A DNA stretch of 64,000 nt from Kudoa neothunni. Its lineage: Eukaryota; Animalia; Cnidaria. Both the position numbers and the translations under genes were made by a program. Location of the stretch: positions 4,857,489 through 4,921,488 of the forward strand of contig OZ199838.1 of the NCBI GenBank assembly GCA_964304625.1. The letters run 5' to 3'. Positions 51,424 through 64,000 of this stretch are shown here, piece after piece. Within the stretch, counting starts at the first letter, position 1, and every line of letters begins with the position of its first letter. Below the pieces are notes generated by a model that saw only the letters and a program-made list of their open reading frames with translations, was not told the origin of the DNA and made no database searches.

Positions 51424-51922
51424 CTTTTTTTGTTTACGAGGTCAAACCCCAGGCGCAACTTGTTAGGTTGTGAAGTTCGGGTTGGTTAGGCCTACTCCAT
51501 TTACGCTTTAGGCACCGCCGCGTCATATTAAGACGACTTACGTTTATAAGATATTTCGTGGGATTTTAACCTACTAAACATCTTCGTTTCGGAGCAACCA
51601 CCATTACAACCATACCCTGGACTAACCCATAATTAGTCTGGGAAAGTAGTCTGAATGGGGGCTTCGGCTCTACGTAAACCACCTACTGGGTTTTATTTCG
51701 TCCCTGTACCCCCGTGTTTATAAGCACCCGAGTTCCACCCTTCCGTCTGGCTCCCCTCCCAGCTGAAAGCAGTGCCACGATAAATCCTAGATCCTTGTAA
51801 TTACTACAGCCTTCCTACTTAATTTCGAATTAGAAGTATAATAACGCCTGGACTACGATTCGAACTCAAAACATCAAGGTATGCGATCTCGACCTAATAT
51901 CACTATGCCATATTGTCCAGGC
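51424..51922 (-). mobile_element. tRNA-derived SINE-like element
   Basis: Minus-strand head has A box TGGCATAGTGA and B box GAGTTCGAATC, closed by the stem gcctggac/gtccaggc. It is followed by a GC-richer ~400-bp body and an A-rich tail (aaacaaaaaaag). Confidence 0.65.
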
Positions 51923-53968
51923 TCCCCAATTTTAACCGGTGTACATAAGGACTGAGAAGAACCTATGCTTGAATAATTTAGTTCGGCCGGTGGTAAAGTA
52001 TATATTTATTCTTTCTCTTCAAGTATTTTAGCAAATATGAAGGTGCGTATATTTTGATGATCAAATATCGGATCTAAAAGCATGGAATTAGACAAGTTTT
52101 GTCCAAGTCTTAACATATTTACACATGTGGGTTGAAATCTCGACTGTGTTTGTATCCTAGTGAAGGCAGTAGTGTTAATAAGCAGTTTTAACTTTTCAAA
52201 GATGCTCATTTAAGCCGTTCGTGCCTATGAATTCAGCTAATTTAGCTGAACGTGGCCTATGATGGGTTCTATATACTAAACTTAAAATTGGTCGATTGTA
52301 TTTGTCTATATAAACATATCTTCGAAGAGGAAAATATGTTACGATTTGATTTCTTAAATGAGTTAGTTTTAACTTTGTACATCGAACAATTGGAAAGAAT
52401 TATAAACAAAACTAATTATATAAAAACTGATTCCAGTATATAATGATAAAATTAAATTAAATTTCAACTTAAACAATAAGTGTTAAATTTTGTACGGAAA
52501 AGATAGGGTAAAGTTATCACATAGTGTGCGAGAATTTATATTCTAGTCTTACTTCTAATACACAACTGAATTGTTAATAGTGAAAAAATATTTATATTGA
52601 AAATCTATTCTTGAATATATTTGACTAACATTCTTCCAAGTGTGCTAATTTATATTCATTGAGCGTGACTGTAAAGTAGCGCCAGATCGGATTATTGAGG
52701 ATTAATTTATTAAGTAAAGTGTGATTTTCTAAATATTATGTCGATAGAATTTTGTAATAATTTAATAATCACATTTCCATAATTTTTTAATTAGATTAAG
52801 CCAAAAAAACCTAGGGTGCCACAGACCATAACGTCCGTTAGAGGCTTAAAACAAAATGACTAATATATTTTTTCCACATTAGTTGATACTATAAGTTCTA
52901 TTGAGGCCAAAAATATTCTTTAAGAGTAACAATTAGAACGGAGTAATATGCCAACTAAAATTCAACCTCAGACGTCACATGACATCATTTCAAAAATATC
53001 TCCAGGTACTATTTCCACATGGCATATTTTGGTTAAGTGAATTATAATAAACGGAATGGGAATGCATTTGAGAAAGAAACTCCCTAAAACCATTACTTGG
53101 ATTTAGAAACAAAAGTTGCTGTAAAATCGAAACCTCCATTTCGGCTACATCTCAAGTCGAACTTTTTGGAATCGATAAAAATGATTCAGTATTATTTTAA
53201 ATAAATTACCGCCTAAAATTTTTCAGTTATATTTTGTGAAAATAAAGTTATACTAAATAGAATTATACCATGTAATGTTTAAAATATCAATCAGATTTTT
53301 TATTATGTTAATAGTTTTTAATAAAGAATTAAATTTTATAACAATACCGTTGGAGGCTATTAATTAATTAATTGTGGGTTACATCATATTTAATCCTAGC
53401 AACTCCTACTGCTTTGGTGGGTGATAAACGCAATTAATTTTCTCGAATCTGCTATACTTAATTATTCTCTGGCTCCTAGGAACTTAACAGTGGATCTGAA
53501 ATAGTCATCGACAAAACTAGTCCTACCAAAATACTTTCGGCAAGAAAATAGCCATTCAAAATTACTAGGGCGAATCCAAATTAATTCTGCTCAGCCACAC
53601 GAAGAAATTGACGCTAAATAACCAAGGCACCCGATGCATATACATATGCCTTGCCGTCCTCGAGAAGGCAGAAACAAGCTCCAACCTTTAATTCGAAATT
53701 TAACTACTCGCCAATCCCATACTAAAAAGGGTTAAACTAGACAACCACTAAACAAACTAAACAACGCTTAACAATTAAGCCAACCCACTCAAACGAGTTA
53801 ACAAAAATCTAATGAGCAAACAACTAAAACAGTCGAAACCACAAAAAAGATATATTCATAATAAACGATAAAAACATAATTCAAGGAAACTCAAAAAAAT
53901 AAACAGTTCGTTCAAAAATTTTTATTTTTAAGTAACACTGTCAAAGCATATATTAAGAATAGGAATGT

Positions 53969-55124
<1,156 letters not shown>

Positions 55125-55242
55125 TTATTTAATTCCTCAGATGCGCCTGCGCGATAAAAAGGACTGGACCGAGGAAAAATAATAAAAATCATATAATAAG
55201 TACATTTAATCGGATTAAGATACACATATACTCTAAAAGTGA

Positions 55243-58200
55243 TTAACGTCGTTTTCTTCGGGTTGAAACCTTATTTTTTGACGCTTTCTTTTTAATTTCG
55301 ATCCGTTTCAGACGTTTTTTCAGAATTTGGCGTGGGGTGGATATCTCACCATTGTTCCAATTAGAATTAAAGCTGGAACCTGTATAGCAATTATATAAAT
55401 ATCATGGCGATTAATCCCGATAATTTAATTAACAAAGATAATCTATACAGAGACGAAATACCTGATCGATGCGAATCAGCTGTAGCATTGTTATTGACTT
55501 TGTTATTGAGCCAACGTTTATAGCTAAATAGATTGATCATATTGATAGCATCCGACACCGCAAAATAATTATGTATATAGGATTCAGTCGATAAAAACAA
55601 ATAGTAGAAGCAAGGTGATGGTGCATTTATAAGATTAATATATTCTCATTGCAAATAGTTGATATTCCCGTGGGAGATGTAAACAAAATCAGTGACGAAG
55701 GATCGCCCATTAATCTAATCATTCACAATATTCGAATATTATTGTGTATTTAAACATATGCCGATGTTTAAAAGCATATTATCGTATCAAAATCTCTCTA
55801 ATTAGATTTCCCAATGATGCAGTAATCATAAGATTTTAATTTAAATCGGAGTTTGGCGAATAATATCTAAGAAAATATCTATGATAGATTAGCACAATCC
55901 GATTAGTGAATTAATCGGCGAGATAATTGATAAACGTATTAATTTAAATATATATCGTGAAAGGTTACTTGTTGGACTTAAATGATTTTTTAACTGACAC
56001 GCCGTGCTCATTAGTCATTTTCGATTCTCCTACATCATTACGACGTATATATCGTTTCTTTTTGGGATCCCTAAATTCAGTAAAAACAATTAGTAATCAC
56101 AGAATTGACCATTTTCTTGCGGGAGCGTCGAGGTTTTGTGCTGCATCTTCATCGTCAGCACCGATATCAAAATTAAATTTATTGGCGTGTGCTTCGAAAT
56201 CGGTTTTGAAATCCCTAAAAATAATTGATTATTATTTGACTTTGAAAATTAGTTTTGTTTTTTTCTAATAAAATGATAAAATAAAAGATCAAAAAAATTC
56301 ATATCATCATTTATATAAGCGAGAATTAGATTAGATTAAGTGATCTTATACGTAATAGATAAAACGGAAATAAAAATTAGTAATCAATTCCAACATAATT
56401 TGGTAAAGGGGGTTCAGTACATTACCAGATTCACTTCGTAAGTCTCTTTAGGAGTTTGAGAGTTAAATGAGGGAGGTAAATTTGTTAAAGGGGAATTGTG
56501 ATTAATTCAAGTTCTAAAAGGGGTCATATAGCGAGATTATACATTAGGGGTGAGCAAGCTACGGCTCGTGAAGCTTGAATGGTTTCGAGGAGGCACGCGT
56601 GGTCTTTCATTACGAATCTCAACAAAATTTTATATTACTCATTATTCACGATGTATTTTATTCTCATTGTGTAAAAACATTTTCTCAAGTTATGTCATCT
56701 GTTCGATTTGGAATGACTTAAAATTAAAAATTATTGTTCTACTTGCAATATAATGTTAGTATTAAAGACTATTTTTGAATGTCGTAGTCCCTAGTCTGAG
56801 CATATCTCCATGTGGTGCGCGGATAAAAAACTTTGCTCGCCATGTTATATACCATGCGTAGGATCATTTTTATTAATATCCGATGTTTTTAAATAAAATA
56901 TATTTTAAGCGCATAAATTTTGTGGATCAACAATAATTCAGTTACAAACATTTTATTATGCGCTAGATAATTTATCGGAAAGAAAAATTCCCAAGTTCAG
57001 CAACTATTTTTAAGATTTAATATCTGCATAGCTATACCATTATTGGTACCATGACATTACCTAGATATTTAATGAGTAAAAATAACAAGAACGTAGATGA
57101 ATGCATCAATACTATAATAACTTAGCTGCCTATTTTTCTTTAGCGTAATAACGAGTGATATGTTTACTTCTTTGGAGTGATTTTTAAACAATCTAAAAGT
57201 TCGAGTAATTATATAGTAATCCGTGATTTAAATTATATTTTTAAAAAGTGAGCTTAAAACAATTTTCTCTCATCTAAAGACTCTTAAACGTTTCTTTTAA
57301 GCTTGGATTTTCTTAACTAACACTGATTTAACCGCCATTCGAGGTCGTACACATATACACAACCTAGGATTAATATAATCCAATTAATTTAATAAAAATA
57401 ATAATTTTACTAAAATATAATTTTTAATACGATTCAAAATATTCATCAAAATTATGATTAGGTTTATCATGAAAATTTTTTACTTTTTGCATATAATTCA
57501 TAAAGAAATTTGACTTATTCTCGAAATAATCACGTTTACAAAAAATTCAATGGTATCCTATTTTATTATTTTTCGAAAATTAATCTAATAAGAAGTATCA
57601 ATTATTTAAGGAAAATGAGAAAAATTATGTTTTAAAAATAATTAATATTTCATTAAATGTGGTAAAAATATCAAATCTTAAATTTTGGACACATTACGTA
57701 TTATAGAAATCTAAATTTTAATATTTGGATATAAAACGAATTATAGTAATAAAATTTATAAATTCGAAAAAGAAACGTACAAGGTTTTAGCTTCATTTTT
57801 GTCGATTTCAATAGCTTTTTCAAAGTTGGTGTCAACAAATTTAGAAGCTATAACAAAATATTTTGTGAAGAGCCACATCATTTTAATTTACATTTGTTTT
57901 TTATGGGAATATGTTCTAGCAACTTTGACAACGTCTAATACAAATTGAGAGGCATGCACACAAACTGATTAGAACTTTATGTCTGTTGGCTCTGGAGAGA
58001 GCAGTTTTTTTTAGAAACTCTAGTGAGTTGGGTCATTTTTCTAGTCTTTTCAGCTATATCCCTAAAATTTCTTTATTAATATAATGTCGTACTAGTTTGA
58101 TCGAACTTTATTTTTTCACTCGCATGTATCACTTTTTCCAGTTCATTCCCAACCTATGTATATATACATGCAGGATTTTTTGATCGACAGACCATGTTTA

Positions 58201-61200
58201 TTATTACGTTAGCAGTGGATCTTGTGTGTTCAACGTGAAGTATTTGATGGCTGACAATATCCGAGGTTGTAATTTCTACATACAGTTTCATATTACCACG
58301 CCATAACAATTAGTAGGTTCTAAATATATTTACCGAACAAAGGATGGTAGTTGAGTTTAAGTAAATCGATTGCCTTGGAATACTCTACTGATTGCTTCGA
58401 AGCTTCTTTATTGAATTTTTTAACCTTGGTTTCTGCTTGCAATGCTTTTCTTTTGAGAGTAAGCTAACTGAATAGTTAGAATAGTCAATTTGATTGAATA
58501 CAATTTCAGGGTAGGATTTGATAAGGTTGGACACGTAAGCTGATTCCTTGGATATAACCGAAGGAGGTACAGACCCAGTAATTCCATCTATTTCTAGAAA
58601 TGAATAAAAGAAATTATTCATTTGAAATAGCATCACTTTTGGACTGAGCCTCATTCGGATTAGAAGGGGGCTCTTCGGCAAGAAAAATATCTCTTGCCAT
58701 AAAAGTGTGCAGATCAACGAGATAAGAAAGCTAAAGTTTCCATTCACCATTCGGATCACCAACCAATACAATTACTTCTTTTGCTAAAAATAAGGAGTAG
58801 GCTGAGCCAGCTTTGTCCATTCTGGCAACTCTTCCTAATAAAATCTAATTAGGGAAATCTGACAGAAAAATTACCAACGCGATGCACATAAAGTTTGGGG
58901 GATTTAGGAAAATCAAAATTTATCACATTATCCAAATGAGGAATATCCAATCCTCTAGCAGCTATATCTGTTACTATCATTACAGATGTTTCTCCGGCGC
59001 GGAACTGCTGTAGATGTTGTTTTCGAGCTTAAAAATGTCAGTTGTATTGATTATTTAAAAAATAATTGTACCTTCATTGTCCATTGACGAGTAGGAAACA
59101 GAACATTGAATGTGAGTATGGTCTAAAATCTAAGAATTGTGTCAATATTTATAATTAAAACAGAAATTCATAATTGAAAATTTAATAAAAACAAAAATAA
59201 GTCTGTAAAAGCTTAATTTGATATTAATTCCTTGTGGAAATAATTTTTTTAATTTTGGATTTAATGAATGATTGCAGACTAAACATATCACTAAAATTTG
59301 CAAATGGATAATTTTATATCACCTCACTATTAATCAGTCTGTGGTTACAAACATCAATCAATTCGAAAATTATTTAAAAAGTAAACAACTGGACATTGGA
59401 AAATTCTCTAAAATTGAGTAAAAAATACACCAGAAAATAATTAACTATGATCAACATTACACGTAAGCTATTAGATCTGAATGGTACATAAAAATCTTAA
59501 TGTATTACGAATATACGAGCTTTTCAATATAATATTAATCTTAGAATGCAAAACTACCCCAGCAAACAATAGTTGTGATCTTTCAGACTATTAAATAGCA
59601 TATCAATGTTAAAGGCTTTTTAATCATTCACTAATTTTTAGCAAACGAATATGAATATCAACATCAAGATTAAAATACCTCTTTTAAATATTCCACGTGA
59701 TATTTTGTGGCGGCAAAAACGAGAGTTTTCTCATGTTGATGGTCGATAGTTTCAACCAAAAGATGCAATAATGTCCCTATAAATTATAAATAATTAAGAA
59801 ATTCATACACATATAAAAAGAGAATAACTAACCTAATTTATATTCATGAGTTTTACAATGAATAAAATTCATCTAATGCAACAACATTTAGAAGGAAAAA
59901 TAAACAAAGAAATAAAAACTTTTAGATTTGGGCTAAATTTAAGATCAACATCGAGACGAATAAGTTCAGGATTGACGAGTCCAACTTTGGAGAACTGTAT
60001 CACACTCTGTGGTAATGTTGCACTGACTAATAGTGATTGTTTTTTGGTTGGAATCAGTTTCAGGATTTCATAAAGTTGTTCAGAAAATCCCAGCTCAAAC
60101 AATCTGGTATAAAATAAACCAATTAAAAGCAAAAAAGAGAGAGGAACACCTGTCAGCTTCATCGAAAACAACAATTTCTAGGGATTCCAATTTCAACGAC
60201 ATTTCCACCAACACATGCAAAACTCTGCCAGGTGTAGCAATAATTCTACCCTCACACATTACAAACTTCAATCCAACATCTCAATCTCACATGTCAGGTT
60301 TTTGGTGAATGGCCTCAAAATGACTCTCAATACTAAAAATAGATCTCATATATTGATCGATAAAAATAAATGAAAACATTGCAAAAAGGTGTTTATCTAC
60401 TCATAAAATTTAACCCCCAAATTGCAATTATGAATGAAGTTTATGTCGACACTCAAAAAAACAGTTGAAAAAACCAAAAATACTAAATCAACACCGAATC
60501 TATAAAGCTGTACACATTATTTAAAAATCATACATGTTTTAACTAAAAATTTAATCTACAAGAGTGATGCTATGGCTGTGACTACTGGTAATGTATATTT
60601 AACCCTCGCGGGACGGTGTGGGGTTCATGCGGACCCCAATTTTTGTATTTTTGTGTTTTCTCTTCGCTCTATAAATGAAAAAATGTTTTAATCCCATGAA
60701 TTCCAAAAGAAGGTATCAAGTTTTTTTATATTTAAAATTAATCGAAATAAACTTATATCATTTGTGCATGATTTTGATAAAGGGGTTATTCAGTTAGCTT
60801 TTTAATTGAGATTAATATATAAAATAAAATAATTAATGAAACTTCATTAAACATGTGCTTTAATTATATTTTAAATCAAAATGCTTGTATTTCTATCATT
60901 TTATATCATCGTCCGACAAGTACCGATATATATACATAGATTATTGAAGGATTGGAGGCTTAAATTAAAATCCACGTTGTTTGTGTATAATATAAGTAAA
61001 TTATTAGTTATTGTTTTTTTGAATTAATAAATGTTGCGGTGACCAATATTTACTGCATATAATAATTTCAATTCTGAAATATTCACCACTGTTTATGATT
61101 TTATTTATTATATTTTTTAATTTTAAAATCACATAGAAATAAAAATGTCTTCTAAGTGAAAAAATACCCAGATAAAATAAATGTACTATGTAGATACGGA

Positions 61201-64000
61201 TATTAATGTTCGAGGACTTTACATGCATCGATGATAAATTTAAGCTTACAAGTTTAGATTTAAGTTTTTTATTTTATAGCGAATAAGTAATTCTGTCATT
61301 GGTATGTAAAATAAAATCAATGCAATATTCTATTATGTGATTTCTGTGTTTATTAACAAATAACAATTTTGTTATAATTATAATCCTCCGCGCTATAAGA
61401 AGATTAACGAGAGCTACTCGGAAAACGCGGCTAGCTGGTCCTTTAAATATTCTCGAATACAAACAATGCTACTGAATGTCTTAATCATTGTCATGGAAAA
61501 GCTATTTTATACTGCCTATCGGTGCCGTGCGAGAGTGTCACGGTAGTTTTGTGAAGCTTTGCCTTCAATAGAAAATTCTGCTTATTTATCCATTTTTTAC
61601 AAAAATATATAGACAATTTTAACCAAATAATAATTGTTTCCGTATCTTTATAATATATTAATCACATAAAATGGTGGTTATCATAAAAATTGCGCTTACA
61701 TCATGAAATAACCGCTGGGGTCCGCGCGGACCCCACACCGGAACATACGTACATTTTCCGAACATCGTCCTGTAAGGGTTAATTTAACAGTGTTTCTCTT
61801 AACATAAATCATACTAATTTTTAGAATAACTAATGATTGTATCAACAAATCACCAAATAATTCTTGTCCAAATATAAACGCTGATATATCATTTCCATCA
61901 AATAAAGCAACATTATCATCTTACTTCGTTTTGGATTATCATATTTTTTGAACCTGAAAATTTTTATTTCGAAAAATTCTTATTATCACCTTAAAGAGTA
62001 ATCTTTCATTTTTAGTGATAGAACTATCTAAAATGTGGTAATTTTCCACCAAATATTTTTCTCACATTAATCTACATAAAATTCATCCACTTTATTCAAA
62101 TTATTTGTCATCAATTTATTTCTCGGTGGATATTAGGTTTGACAAAATTTTCTCTATGATTCTTCCTTGACTTATTCTCTGCACAATTTTTACCCTAAGT
62201 TCCACATAACTTCTTGAATAGGTTGTTTATTGAAAATTTTCATAATTTTAGATGAGACGAAATTTTAACAATGATCAAACTCGATCACTTCTTCTCTTAT
62301 TCCAAAAGTAGTCGATATTTGAAGAACGGTAAGCATCTGTTGAATTTCAATTATAAGCTTCTTTTAGAATCTCAAATTAATTGACGTCACTAAATCTATC
62401 TATTTCCTTGACAGGTTATAGTCATTTTGCTTTCTATGCTTCAACAACTTAACTTACAAAAAATAGTTTTTACGTTTTCTATGTTTACATTAGCATTTAT
62501 AAAAGGACAAATTTTGTATCATCTAGCCCTTGGCATAATCATGCTAAACTAAAAGATGGGCAGAATATATATAATTATTTAGCGGCTATGTATTTCCAAC
62601 ACGACAATCGAACAGTGCCTTAGTAAATTTATATGTTGATATTTCAAATCATATTTTTTATTCTAGCCCGAGACAAATATAAAGAACGCTCGACGTTTTT
62701 CATGTGGTAATAGTCAGTTTATATAATTTTTTATTTAAAAATTTATCCGATTTTATTTTATTACATTTAATATTTTCTATATTTAAATGATGGTTCGAAA
62801 TTGTAAAGAACAATAATTAAAACTCTCCATTTGTTACAATAAAATCAATGCAGTGCAATCTCGGAGCTCGTACAAATCGGAATTCGACCAAAAATTTTAG
62901 ATCAGAAACACCTTTGAGTTCGAACACATATAAAAAGAGTATTCAGAACAAATCTACATGGAACAAAATCAGAGGAGAAAAGAAATTCTAGAAGGAGAAT
63001 CGCTCAATCAAATAGTATGAATGTCATTGAAAGATAACTCTAATAATCTATCTTATGGCAATCAAAAAATATTTATCACGTATTTTATTTTTATTTTATT
63101 ATAATATTTAATATTTATTTTTCATATTTTATAAACATGAGATATGCATGTTTTTTCATGAGTAAGAATAAAAATGATCATTTATTTAATGCGCGATAAA
63201 GAAGTAAACGAATCTTCATTATTTTGCAAGGGAAAAAATTATTCGGGGTTCAAACACACTTCTAGAACGGATTATGGTCGAAGTCCGAGGTTGCACTGCA
63301 TCTTCAAATCAGTAGAAAAAATTAAAAAAACTTGTTATGGGGAATATTTTAATCTTTATTTTGTTTTCTACACATTTATACTTGAAAAAAACGGACAATA
63401 TTTAATTAAATCCGTTTAATTTTCTATCAAGTTTGTTTATATTCTGACAAAATCAATTATAAAAATATGGAGAATTATATGAATACCGTATAATAAACAA
63501 ACTGTCTCTATCATTGACCTCCTCGCGGGCAGCTCGTTTCTGAACCCTATTTAGAGGGAACACGGTAGACAACATGCGTTGGCAACATCTTTAATTACCC
63601 CAACGCCCTTTTTCAGGATACATATAAATTTTAGAATTAATTATATTTAAAAATACAAACAACAGATTAATGCGTACGGGCCGATACACACAGTCTTAGG
63701 ATTATAGTGGTAGATAGACATAAACAGCAAAAAATGCGCTTAAAAATATCTCATAATCAACTACCTATCTCCGCCAACAATCAATGCATATTTAAGATCA
63801 CAGAATCTTCCAATCTAAATCCAATAACAACCAGATTCAAACAAAAGGCAATACATCTTTTGTAAAGCGCAACGTTTGGATTGCGAGGTCTCTAGTGGGT
63901 AATATTATAAGCGCTCTAGGACCCTAAATTAATTTTCATCGTAGATCACAATAAACTCCGTATTTGATACTTCTTCCGAATGGGCGTTTAAATGGTGAAA
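55243..64000 (-). CDS. DDX54: ATP-dependent RNA helicase DDX54/DBP10; 5'-partial
   Basis: [60 protein letters not shown]10CT-like [10 protein letters not shown]...NEHG...FKS..YKRW, and a basic tail ending RRKRR*. Confidence 0.95.
56545..56844. mobile_element. hAT-like MITE in a DDX54 intron
   Basis: taggggtgagcaag / tttgctcgccatg; TSD poorly preserved (ttatacat / ttatatac). Confidence 0.5.
60603..61778. mobile_element. piggyBac-like non-autonomous element in a DDX54 intron
   Basis: TTAA|ccctcgcgggacggtgt ... acatcgtcctgtaaggg|TTAA; subterminal palindromes ggggttcatgcggacccc and ggggtccgcgcggacccc. Confidence 0.85.
62851..63298. mobile_element. pogo/Tigger-like MITE in a DDX54 intron
   Basis: TIRs cagtgcaatctcgga / tccgaggttgcactg; sister of 41117-41546. 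Confidence 0.8.

Larger units (their letters stand above)
47579..52845. mobile_element. piggyBac-like element expanded to 5.3 kb by nested insertions
   Basis: TTAA|ccctctaacggac ... gtccgttagaggc|TTAA, with about 30 bp of imperfect inverted match; no transposase ORF. Confidence 0.7.

Noticed and set aside
51846-51922. Functional tRNA gene
   Set aside because: The anticodon and T stems pair poorly and the acceptor spacing is wrong; it fits a SINE head better.
55836-55866. Early DDX54 stop (YYSPNSDLN*)
   Set aside because: Downstream exons YKRW... and QILKKR...RRKRR* match the DDX54 C-terminus better.

Overview
AT-rich eukaryotic genomic DNA with no bacterial features, CRISPR arrays, rRNA or intact tRNA. 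Genes are compact and fast-evolving, broken by 30-60 nt spliceosomal introns and separated by stretches of decayed DNA transposons. The style suggests a reduced parasitic animal such as a myxozoan cnidarian; this is an inference. Genes spliced by hand: glycyl-tRNA synthetase with a WHEP domain and an upstream in-frame mitochondrial-presequence-like extension (-), CDK12/13 (+), TTC27 (-), WAVE/SCAR (+), a 5-unit polyubiquitin with a 1-nt homopolymer frameshift (-), and DDX54 (-, 5'-partial). Two further genes cannot be recognised from the ORF track because their diagnostic parts lie in short exons: a complete, very divergent Rad21/Rec8 kleisin with separase-type ExxR sites, and a signal-peptide-bearing Cys-rich 164-aa orphan with a possible cystatin-like fold. 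Repeats include a dead Merlin/IS1595-type transposon with atypical ends, several Buster-type hAT elements, Helitron-like, piggyBac-like, Kolobok-like and pogo/Tc1-like non-autonomous elements, and a tRNA-derived SINE. I found no clear new multi-gene system. The best leads are the kleisin, the secreted orphan, the TA-flanked Merlin and the operon-like gene spacing. All gene models were made by eye, without searches.
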